Of a stretch of 64,000 nucleotides of DNA, positions 17,370 to 29,400 are shown piece by piece. A model generated the notes under the pieces. The model was not told the DNA's origin. It did no database searches and was given only the letters and a program-made list of their open reading frames with translations. Position numbers and translations under genes: made by a program. Source of the stretch: Haliotis rubra (taxonomy: Eukaryota); assembly GCF_003918875.1 (NCBI RefSeq), contig NW_025767288.1:558001-622000 (forward strand), in the 5' to 3' direction. Each line of letters opens with the position of its first letter. Position 1 is the stretch's first letter.

Positions 17370-18314
17370 TAACAGCTTAATTATGTCAGTACTCAGCAAG
17401 TGTTAACAGTCATTATAAACCAAGATGTGACAAAATGTACATTTACAGCCACCAAATAGCACCAAACAAGATCTGAACCACCGGGGATCATACACTGTTA
17501 ATATACAATATTCAGTATCATCTGAACGTTAGCTTCAGATGACACAAAAAGCCCCCTCCCCAACCCCAATTTAGGTCTCGATTCTAAAAGGAATCCACAG
17601 ATTCTATAATTCCAAAAAGAGTTGACCAGTTTTGTTTTCCTACAGCTGCTTTCGTTTCAATCAGAAGTCGTGTGGAAGCCTTGAAATACCAAAGATATTC
17701 AAGATTACATCTATTAGCAATAAACCTCTCAAATGAAAACGACGTCATAGTTGTCATCATTTACAACAGCCATTTTGAAACAACGAATAGGCAAAATACA
17801 GCAATGTATCTTGAGTATATGAAACATTATTCTGTAATGCATAACATACAATGTACACAATATACACTCATTAACACAGTAAATATGAGACAACGGTCAA
17901 AGTCATGCCTGGTATAGCATCTAATATTTTCTCCCAATCTTAAAAAAAACGAAAGAAAATTCATTAAGTCTGTGAGATGTTTTCAGACAACCGCTTTTAA
18001 AGAAGGGACTGCGTTGGAATAACTTAGGTTTGTATAATTTGTTAAAATGCGAATTCTGTATAAAATGTAAAGTATCAGGAACCTTGCTAAAAAGTTGTTA
18101 TGATGGAACTGTAAAGCTGAAATTCTCAATCGTGAACATACACGTTACCTACAAACACTTTCATATCTACGTGCATATCTTTTAATTTTTTGGGACTGAG
18201 ACGTTTTAGAAAAGTATGTTTTGCTCAAGATAAAACTGAGTTGTTCTCGGGTTGAACACCCAGCATCAATGCCCGCTGAATTAAGATGCTGCATTTCGTG
18301 ATGGTCTAATGGTG

Positions 18315-18484
18315 AGAAATACAAGATTTATAGATGTCAACTTCTTTATTGTGAATAACACGACCTTTCGGAACATATGCTTGCTCCTTCATCAGGTGTT
18401 GATACAATTGTCAATAAAGAGTTGACATAATAAATCTTGCTTTTCTTATGCATTCCACTTCTAAACACCCTTCAAACATTTAGC
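18315..18484 (-). mobile_element. Penelope-like terminal fragment with inverted arms and a minimal hammerhead motif
   Basis: Inverted arms caagatttatagatgtcaacttctttatt / aataaagagttgacataataaatcttg, flanked by a 9-bp direct repeat ctaatggtg (18306-18314 and 18485-18493), with a hammerhead core inside. Confidence 0.65.
18357..18400 (-). ncRNA. Minimal type I hammerhead ribozyme motif (stem III imperfect)
   Basis: The minus strand reads AACAC-CUGAUGA-A-GGAGC-aagcauau-GUUCC-GAAA-GG-UC-GUGUU: stem I AACAC/GUGUU, stem II GGAGC/GUUCC, conserved CUGAUGA and GAAA, UC cleavage site. Confidence 0.6.
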
Positions 18485-19408
18485 CTAATGGTGGTCTAAA
18501 AATGTTTGGCTTCGGCGGGAGAAAGATAGTGTGTTTTGGAACAATGACCGAAGCAAAGCATCGTTTACCTGACACAAATGTCAGCCTCTCAGCCCCTGGA
18601 GAATGTTACATGGTTTCCTTATCTGGCGTGAATGAACAGTCATACATATTATATCATTTAGTTTACACAGACACTTAATAGTCATGCTGCACACTGTCAA
18701 CGTTTACAGACATTTCTCTGAATGATGATCACAAGATAGAATGTCATAGCAACGTGTCATGGAAACATTGATTGTTGGTCCAGTTGGAATAAATATAATA
18801 ATATGGAATTGATATTTGTGTCCAACATTGAGTACCTTATACGGGTACTGTATGCAAATTGTGTCGGAAAATAAAAGTAGCATGGAAAGTTGACCTATGA
18901 GAGTTGGTCATATGATTTTGTACGTCATATGTCCCCAGATCCATTTAAGATCTTAGAGTGTTAGTTTAAATGTGTGCCCTGGAAAGTTGTAAAGACATTA
19001 CCAATGTTTCTGTTAATAGTGATGTAAAAATGCCGGAATTTGTTGCGTCCCATGTAAGAGTCGTAAGAAATACATGTTGTATTGAATGGCAAACATGGCG
19101 GGTTTTAATGTTAATGCAGAGGAAGGTACCATTGTCAAATATCAGCATAAATTACTGACTTTGATTGTCATTTATATACACATGAAACGATGCGACTACA
19201 AACAGATTCATACCCTGTACATATGACTAAATGATTAAATACACCATTGATGGTGTGGGGATATTATCTAAATTCTATAACAGACTCTACAACGAGTATT
19301 TGGTATGGAATACTGCATGGCAATACTTTGTTAACATGCTTTGTTAATTAAGAATGCATTATCATCAAAAGCCTTGCAAAGTCCAGGACCTCGTACCCCA
19401 AAGCTACA

Positions 19409-19676
19409 TAGTTGATCTTACTACAATATTTAGATCGATTCGTAGTACAGAGCCGAGATCCACAAAGCGATCTTGGTGCTTAGTTGATCTAAATACTATA
19501 CTAAGATCGATTCATAGAACAGAGCCAATATCCACAAGCGATCTTAGCGTTAAGTTGATCTTACTCCCATAGTAAGATTGCTCCATGGGACAGAGCCAAG
19601 ATCCACAATGCGAGCTCCGCGGTAAGTTGATCTTACCCCCATACTAAGATCGATTCCAAGAACAGAGTCAAGATCC
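19409..19676. repeat. ~72-bp tandem repeat (about 4 copies) with internal palindromes
   Basis: agttgatct recurs at 19410, 19482, 19553 and 19625; units contain agagcc(a/g)agatccaca and gatcttag/ctaagatc. Confidence 0.85.
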
Positions 19677-20489
19677 CTTGTATCCTCTTGGAGGCTTCTT
19701 TATGTTAATCTCCATGGTTTGGATATGATTACAGGAAGAGGCTAAAGGATCTTAACATGGCTCCAAGACAAGAGTAGCTCAACGTTACCGATATACTCAA
19801 GGCAAGTCTGGCTTCTTGAAGACCTCCTTCCGTGACCTTCTTGAGGACCTCTTTCCGTGACCTCGCGGTCGATTCACCCAGTTTCTTGGCTAACACAGAA
19901 CAATACAATACGGAAGTGCATAGACAGTTACATATACATGGCAGTGATGTCTTAGTGCATTAGTACATACCACACTTGTCAACGGTTAGTCTCAATGAGT
20001 GTGAAAGACAACATCCTTGAAGCGTTAGTACTTCAACACGTAATCCATAAACTTGACCTGCACCAACTGAGTATCATTGGGAAAGGTCTTAAGTACAATC
20101 ATACCATACCCCAACATGTATAATTGTTGGGTAATATTTTTAAAAAATCAATATTATCGTACCCTCCTTGAAAAAACAATAAGTGAAAATAACAAAAATG
20201 GGTTGAATAAATTCTTTGTGTCGGCCGACCGTAAATTATTGCGGCCCTCAAAGCAAACTATGATGAAGTTATGTTGCCTTTGATATGGCAGATTACACGA
20301 GTGTCTTACATTACAATTCTTAAATAAACTGATAAATGTAATTGGAAAAGATGTCAGCCAAAGACAAAGGTCAGCCCATGTGTAAAGGTATCAATTCTAG
20401 GTCGGAACCCTAGCCTACGACCTAGACATGAGAGTCGTGGTGTCATTGGACTACTGTCTTTCACGTCCTTGACCTAGCGGTGGTTGGGA

Positions 20490-23400
20490 TCAGCAGCTGG
20501 AATCCTTGCGAGACTTGCTGGACATCTCGCACGACTGGCTCTGTTTGCGCATCAGTGATGCGGACTGTGTAGAGGCACTGGGGCGCTTCTTGCTGATGTG
20601 GAGTATTCTTTTGTATTCCTTGAGCACCTGCAGCAGAAAATTACAGCATCGGTATGAGTAAAGTACATTTGTGTTTCTTGATTTCACTTGATTTTTTTTG
20701 CCTGGGCCTGCTGGATTCGAAAACTCGCTCCGATTATGATCATTGGCAGGTCAGCACCTTACCTATGTTCATGGTTTTCATCGACAGGTATACCAACCAA
20801 ATGTAGTACAGACATTTGTCATGATGTCTCATGACGCCAATTTATATACGAGATAAAACGATGAATGGTTCAACAGACGGGTAAATCAACAATACAAAAT
20901 CATACAGTCTAAGTACATGCCCCTATGTTTCAAAACCCGTGACGACCCCGGTTAGAATTGGCGTTCAACAACCCACGCTTGTCATGAGAGGCAACTAACC
21001 GGATCGGGTGGTCAGGCTCACTGACTTGATTGACACATGTCATCTATCCCAATTGCATAGATCAACGCTCATGCTGTTGATCACTGGATAGTCTGATCCA
21101 GTCTCGATTATTTACAGACCATATGGCTGGAATATTGCTGAGTTCGGTGTTTAACAAACAGACAAACAAAACAATCAATATTTCAAACATAAAACACCCC
21201 TATCTGCGATGTGGTAGGACTAGCCCAGCTTCAACATAACATCACGGAAATGGGTTATGAGTAATCAATAAGTCCTGTATGTATCCAAGCTACTGAGACT
21301 ATCTCGGTCGTCTCACCTTCTTGTTGAGGAGGCAGTGGAAGCAGAATATGAAGAGACCCTGGAGACTGTTGAGGATGGTGAAAATATAGGCCAGGGCGAT
21401 GGTTTCCTTGCTGATGTAGAAGTAGCCAAATGTCCAGGTGAGACCGAGCAGAACCTCCATCGACAGAGCACCCTGCAGCCATGTTCTGGAGAAACCAACA
21501 GAACAATAAATACAGGATTCTTAACCTGTTTCACAACGACTGACTAACGGAAGATCATGATGTATTACAAGCAGTTGGTGGGTCAGTGGACCGAGCCAAC
21601 TCAATTACTAAGGCTATGGTCTGATCGAAGCCTGTTTCGCCTCGATTACGAGTCCTGACAAAGACCACAACGTTTCACTGATGTGGAAAACAGTACGAAA
21701 CGCGCGTCCTGCTGGCTTCCACAAGAAACTATAAAGGACCCGTGGTTTACCTGGCCCGAAACTGAAGGAAGCACTCATAATATACTTTACACAAACCTTC
21801 AATATCGGATATGAGCGTACAGTCTGTACTGAATGGATTCTTGATAGAAAGACAATGCAATTATATTTTAATATTAGTTTTCTTACTACTTGATCAAATT
21901 GACCAGTTGTATTAGCCACTTTAATGTTTAAGCATAAAACTACATTTTCTTGTGGACTAATGCCTCGTATTTTAATACTGTTTGTAAAGTATGTCAAAAG
22001 TAGCTTCGTCTTACGATCAACTATTTACTTACAGTTTTCCCCGTTTCTGTGTTGTTTTTTACCTTAAATATGGCCTTATTTCGTGACTGTAAATTGTCCC
22101 TTTGTCATTGTTGCTGTCTTTAACTTATTCACTTTGTCAAAAGGTTATTTCCATGACCGGTAAACAAAATCCTTAGAATTAAACGAAAAAAAGAAGTATT
22201 TTTAGGTTGCTTTTTTAACTTGTTAATCTGTTTCCTAACTACTTGGTTAGTGGACTTGTTTGGTATACACACGTATTAGATTTAGAATATGATTGTGTTA
22301 AGTTACTGTGTGGAAACAACATTAGAAAGCATCGATATTTTGTCTGGTTGAAGGTGTCACCTACCTCATGCCGCCTGAGTTCTTCTCCTTGCTGTTGAGG
22401 ACGTACTCGGAATGACGACACACCATCACCATGGCATACGTCAGGATTATGGCGTTTACCTGGGACATGAATAGATGTGAAATATTTAGGGTATACGGCT
22501 GAATGAAATAAACAGAGGCCTCATTGTATGTTCTATCTCGTTCTATGTAAATTGATGTCTTTTGTTTGTTTGTTTGTTTGTTTGTTGCTTCACGCCGCAA
22601 AATGCCAGCTACATGACGATTGTCTGTACATATTCCAGCCTAGATCAGACAATCCTGTGATTGAGATCATGAGCATCGATCTACACAATTGAGTTATGAT
22701 GGGATGCATCAAACAAGTCAGCCAGCGAAGACCAATTCTAACCCGGATTTTCAAGGGCAGCAAATTGGTCTCTGATTCCGTGGAGCAAGAAATCACCAGT
22801 AACCCATGCATGATGACACAGCAGAACTTAGGTAAACAAATTGCAGTAGGGGGGTTCGGGTGAGTGAGTTTAGTTTTATGTCGCTTCTTAGCAATAATCC
22901 ATCAATATCACGGCGGGGGACACCAGAAATGGGCTTCACACATTGTACCCATGTGGGGAATTGAACCCGGCCTTCGGCGTGACGAGCAAATGCTTTAACC
23001 ACTAGGCTACCCCACCGCCCAGGGTGATCCTAGTGTGGCTGGTTTAGCTCATCGCCAGCTCAGGTAACCTTGCCCCCTCTACACGCAGCCCAGACAGGTA
23101 GTGGGACTCCTTAGCTCCACGACTGATGACATATTGCCGCCATGTTCTAATTATACTTTCAGATATGATATAATTCCCTTGCCATTTTAGAGGTTTGATG
23201 GTACCAAGATAAGTTTCATTACTCACCAAAAGTATCAAGGCAACTGGACCAGCGAAGCTCCAAATGAAGAAACGGTCCGTTGTCAGCCAACAGCTGAAAC
23301 AAATACAGTACATGTCTGGTTTTAAAATTAGTTCCATTAACGTCAAGTGTGATTTAAGCGGAAGAGTTATCTTTTCTTTCCAAAAGGGTTTACGCCGCCA

Positions 23401-26400
23401 TTGATGCTAAAAACGAGGTTCAGGACTACTTAGTGAAAGGACGTCGTAAAAAATAACATTCTGACGAGAAACGTGCATGTTTTGTTTAATTTATGACCAC
23501 ATGTAAAAGAAAATTAATCGCGATAATGATGTCTGAAGGTTATGAAATATAAAACGTCAGCGCCAAAAAATAACCAGTTTGATTATCTGCCGGAACAGAG
23601 TCAGCTGAGCGAAAGGTAAGATGGTGGGGAGATATTAAGTATAGATTACTGAAAATCAATGCTGGCACCAGTTGTTGGCACCAAGGGTTAAGCATTGCCT
23701 GTTGACAAGTATTGCTAAGTTTCTGATGAAGGCTCGTAAAATTAGAAATGTATAAATTTCAGTCAGTATTCTACACATTAAGATCCATATGTTATTTCTT
23801 AGATATAGTATGCCTATACACTGTGCAAAAATGTCAGACACTTTACAAAGCAAAATTGTATGATTGTTACAACATACTGTCACTTTATGACACTTGTGCA
23901 AATTGAAAGATATATTTCCTTAGATATATTCTACAGTATTATAAACATGTTTTAAGCTAGTCCAGATATAATAGCTTCCAACCTCCAACTGTAACAGGGA
24001 GGCATAATACACTGTACTGTAATAGACTCTGTTTATATTGCTATACCAGTAGTTGAAGAGGAATACCATTTAATTGTCAATGTTTAAAAGATGCATAAGA
24101 TAGAATGTTTTCCACCATACCTATATATTGGTAACCCGTATAAGGATAATTTTGTTAGACTTGTGTCATCTAAGGATGATGTTTTGATAAGTATTGCTAC
24201 TTTTTCTTTAGAAGGGTATATTATGCCTGTACATTGTGCAAATATGGTTCCATAGCTTTCAAAGGCAATAATGTATGATTATTACTGGTTTTACCAGCAT
24301 CAAACAAAATGTAAAATTATTCTGTAATGTGGGCCATGGCCTTATATACTGAAATAAAACTGTCTGTCTGTCCTACCCAACTCGCTACTCACACAAGTCT
24401 CATTAAAGTGAACGTGTCTTACTATTGGTCTGTTCCATAACCTTGGTAGTAGAAGCCCGCAGATATAGAGACAATGATGAGAGGAATACCTGCAAAATAC
24501 AAACATAGAAGGGTCCTTGGATCTCAGTGCTGAACGTTTGCAACGTCACATTAATGGAAACCAAAACAACAGAAGTTTAAACACTGTGAAATAAGACACA
24601 CATTTTAGTAATTGTTGGTAACAAATCACTATATGGAACCTAAGCTAATACAGTGGAAGCTGTCAAAACCGGCAGCTGTCCAATCCGGCAAGTTGTCAAC
24701 ACCGGCATATAATCTCAGTCCCATCCGTGGCTAGTACATTTTTCATCATTTAAGAGTTCTGCAATCTGGCAGCTGTCAATTCCGGATCTCAGCATGAAAT
24801 GAGCCAATCGAATATGTGTTTATACATAATTTAATCTTAGTACAGTATGGGTATACTTGTACATGTAATTAGTGTGTATACAGAGAAATTGAGAGAACCA
24901 CGTGATACAACAATGTATATTTGACTGACAAAACTGGTTCAGTTCTAGTCATAGGTAACCGTGACAGGTCTACAATAAGACACGCTGTCTAAACCGGATT
25001 ATTTCTTCATTCCCAATGTGTACCAGTTTAGACAGCGTCCACTGTATATCCTACTCAAAAACGTTACAGAACACCTGAATACTTTGATTGTGACTATTTT
25101 TAATCTAGGTATTGTTCCTCACAGCATCAATTATTCGATTGTCTAATTAAGACATTTTTATTGACAGATGGCAGGAATATTTCTGAGTGTGGCGTTCAAC
25201 CTCAAACATCACCCCCTTTAAACTGATGGGAAACATTACAAGAGACCCACCATATCCAGTCATGTAGTAGTAGGGAAGACGTGACTTGGCGGCATCGAAC
25301 ACCTGGACCAGCATGATGACCATGTGGATACCCTCTATGAACATCCACATGAACACGCTGAGGAAGAAGTAGTGCAGGAAGCCGGCGATCAGAGTGCAGG
25401 CCAGCTGAAAACATATATACAGTCAGGTAAAACAGTGTGAAAGATATCCATTAGCACTCAGGGCCTAGATTTTCGAAGCTCTCTAAGATAGTCGTAAGTG
25501 CCATACATTAACATTATCTTACGACTATCTTAGCGCTAAGAGAGCTTCGAAAATCTAGGCCCAGGTATCAGGATGAGTGATCATTTTACATCGCTTTTAA
25601 CAAAATTGCCGCAATATAACTTCAGGGAACACCAAAACTGGGCTGCACCTATTCTGCAATCTTGGAGAATCAAACTCGGATTTTCGGCTTGACGAGCGAG
25701 CACTTTAACCACGAGGCTACCTAACGCCCACAACGAATAGACAAGGGATAGTTTCACAGTCCGTGAGCTATATTGTTTATCCTTAGATTTCCTCAGGATC
25801 AGAATGTCCCATCTCAGTGGGGCTCCTTTTCTGTTTAACTCCTTGTTTCTCTAAGAATTACATATTTTCAGAGACCAAGCGTTAGTCTAGGCATAGACAC
25901 ATCAAATTGGGTAGTACAATTCATCCACGAAGTCTACCAAAGAATATTAGAGTTCGTTAATTCAGAAACTTTGGTATATGGTCTCTTGATAACTTTTTTT
26001 TTTTTCGAAATTGCTAATTTTTCCAAAGGCCTTATGGTAGAGGTGGCCTCAGTTCGGTAGCTCTCGTTAATCTTCGGTATGACACGGTAAAATTATCAAT
26101 GTTTATTATCGACTACAAAAAGATACGAAGTAATTCCTCGAATTACATAAGGAACCTTGTGTCTCGCTGATGGGAAGCTAGGGCGTCTGTTTTGTGATTT
26201 AGTACGTCGATAACGTGTATACAGAAACATATCCATGGCGTTGAATGACGTTGTTTACGTCGGCGAAAAATACGCAACCTTCGTCTGAAAACAGCTTTGT
26301 ATGATGAACTCATCGCGAGGCTGATCAGTGCACACGGCCCCAATGCACGTTGGAGATGGAGAAACGACAAGGTATTTGTTTACTACTGCACAAACGCACC

Positions 26401-29400
26401 GACAGCATCGTTACACGAGGTTTCTGCATCTTCAGCGAACACACGGGAGGAAATACGTATTTATTTAACGCTGATTTTTTTAATTCCTTCTCGTTGATCC
26501 AGTGTCAGGATATAAAGATAACAAACAAAAACAAATCTCGACAGATGTCTGGAAGTTAAAATGTGTACATGGGAGCTGACAGATTTGTCGACAGCCTGGG
26601 GAAGCAAGACGGTGCTGTGCAATATCTGCTGTTGTGCAAGGGAGGGGTTAAGCGTATGGCGAGACGTAACGGCACTCAACCTACTTTTACCGTTAGTCTT
26701 ACGTTACCGAAGTTTGTGTAATAGTGTAACTGGAGATATGTATTTCAGACCACCAAGATCCAGTCAGAATTGGTCCCAGAAAGCTACGTTGGTCGTTCGC
26801 GGCGGACAAAGTGCATCGGGTGGCCAGGCTTGGTTACTTGCCAGGCCTAGATTTTCGAAGCTCTCTTAGCGCTAAGATAGTCATAAGTTAATGTTAATGT
26901 ATGGCACTTACGACTATCTTAGCGTTAAGAGGGCTTCGAAAATCTAGGCCTTAGTTCATAAACGTCATCGTAACCCGATTAATTACAATTAATGCAGTTG
27001 TCATCTTAAATTGCAACAAAATATGTTTATTTTTGTCTCGGGCGTTTGTTGAAATATCCCAATATGCTACTGCAAGAGAGCCATATTGGAAATATGCCTT
27101 TCGGCTAAAGCAATTGCTAAAAACACACACACAAAAGTATGATATATATGCGTATACTAGATGTCACTTATGAAGTTGTGGAATTCAATCATAAAGGTTG
27201 GTTGGTTTGTTGTTTAACGCCGCACTCAGCAATACTACAGCTGTATGGGGGCGGTCTGCAAATAATCGAGTCTGGACCAGACAATCCAGTGATCAGCAGC
27301 ATGAGCATTAATTATAAAGGAGAGACCGAGAGAGTCTTGGTTTTCTTTGTATGGTGATTCATAAGCCTTTAGCTACAGCAGCAACACCAGATTGTTTTAT
27401 GAAAACACTTTGCAACAATGTATATTTGGCAGACAATCTTATTTTAGAAAAGTCTGATGCATAATACTATTTTCAAGAATTTCCTGGGAATATTCCCCAC
27501 CTCCAATGGTCGTTCCCTTATGTGGGATAAATGACGCTTGGAAATATTTTCGACATACCCTTAAGTAAGGACACCACAGATGAAGAAATCTGAACTGCTT
27601 TACACCTTTCCAACATATTTATTGACATGCTTCTGCTGTTGCGTCACTCACCTTATTTTCCGTTCTGCTGACACCCGTTATAAATAGAATCTCTGCAACC
27701 CACAGACACACCACCAGATTCTTGTGTATGGAGTTCCTTTCTCCTTGGAGCGATCTACAATGAAGGTTACAGAATATGTCAAACTGCTATAAAGAGCTAC
27801 AGAGTCTCATGTTATTTAGTTTGTGTTGTTTTGTCTGGACCAGACAATCAAAAGATCAACGTTATGAGCATCGATCCTCGCACACTGGAATACGATGACA
27901 TATGCCAACCAAGACAGCGAGCCTGACCATCCAATCCCGTTAGTCACATAATTCTAACCCGGATCTTCACGGCTTTTGAAAAACATGCAAGGTATCAGTC
28001 GTATTGTCGCAGGCGATGTAAGGACAACACTAGACTAAGGCTTAGTCTCTGAATATATATAATTTTGATAGTAACAAACAAGCTCATTTATATTGAAAAG
28101 GAGCCCTAGGGAGACCAGAGATTCTGAACCTGAGGAAATCTAGACTTGCTTTATTTAGGGCTTTAGCACTGCAGAGAGGGCTTGGCAGTAGGGAAATTAA
28201 TGTGGTTCAGGGACTGTGAGACAGACTAGGACAACACTACTACTACTGTTATTATTGTTGTTGCTATAGTTACCCGAAGCAGGTGAAGGTGATCCAGCTG
28301 GCGAAGAGACAGAGGATGGAGATGATGCAGCCTACCAGAGTGATGAACTCCAGCAACATCTTGTGGACAGTGTGCATCTGCAAGGACAGACTCAGTATTT
28401 AGCATCATATTGCAGCTGTGCCCTCGTATACTGTGCGACGTATATAGACAACTGGCATTAATTACCAGTATTGAAGCAAGACATCCAAACGTAGGATATC
28501 CAAACACAACCTTTGAAAATTGGTAATCGAACCTGGGTCTCCGCTCTGACGAGTAAGTGAGTGAGCTTAGGTTTACGCCGCTTTTAGCAATATTCCAGCA
28601 ATATCACGACGAGGGACACCAGAAATGGAGTTCACACATTGTACCCATGTGGGGAATCGAACCGGGTCTTCGGCGTGACGAGCGAACGATTTAACCACTG
28701 GGCTACCCAACCGCCCCGTTGAAAAGCGTAATAAATGTTATGCATCTGTTTCTTGTGTTGGGTGGTACCCACTTTGCACCAATAACAACTTCCCAAACAG
28801 TATCCATGTTGAAAATCGAACTGACCTATCATCTGAAAGAGCTGACAGATCAACCACTAGGTTATCCTATTTTTAATAGACACTATATATAACTTTAATA
28901 GACACCCGATACAAAATATCCGAAAAACCCTTCAGCAAGTCTCGGGCAAGTCTACATACATCAGTTTCATATAATGAACAGATACCCGGGGCTTCGCTCT
29001 ATCAAATATTAAAAGACGTTTAACAAACAAGAGTATAAAGATTTTTCATTTCATTCAATGACGATGATGATTGTCGGTGCTGTTGGTGTAAACGATGTCT
29101 GGCGGCTTCTGCGTCCAAGATAAGAACCTCGGGCGCTCACAGCTGCAGCCGTAGGACCACATCTTACGAACACTTGTTACAGCCCCAGACCAATTCCAGA
29201 ACAGGCGGATTCCCTCGGTGTCTACTCAGCGTCCGGGGATCGGGAAGAGAATAAATAACGCCGACAGTTGAATTTCCTCCCCACCCCTTCTTGTCCCCTC
29301 CCGACCATCTGGAGCGTATTTGAGGCATGCAGTGAAGGGACTGGATTCTGTGCCAGTAGACTTCCCTGGGGTAGAGACCTGGGAACGTCGGACAACGTTG

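Noticed and set aside
23650-24360. Possible decayed LINE fragment with an internal duplication and a CTGATGA...GAAA motif at ~23725
   Set aside because: No diagnostic RT motif is readable and no stem II can form, so it is called neither a LINE nor a hammerhead.
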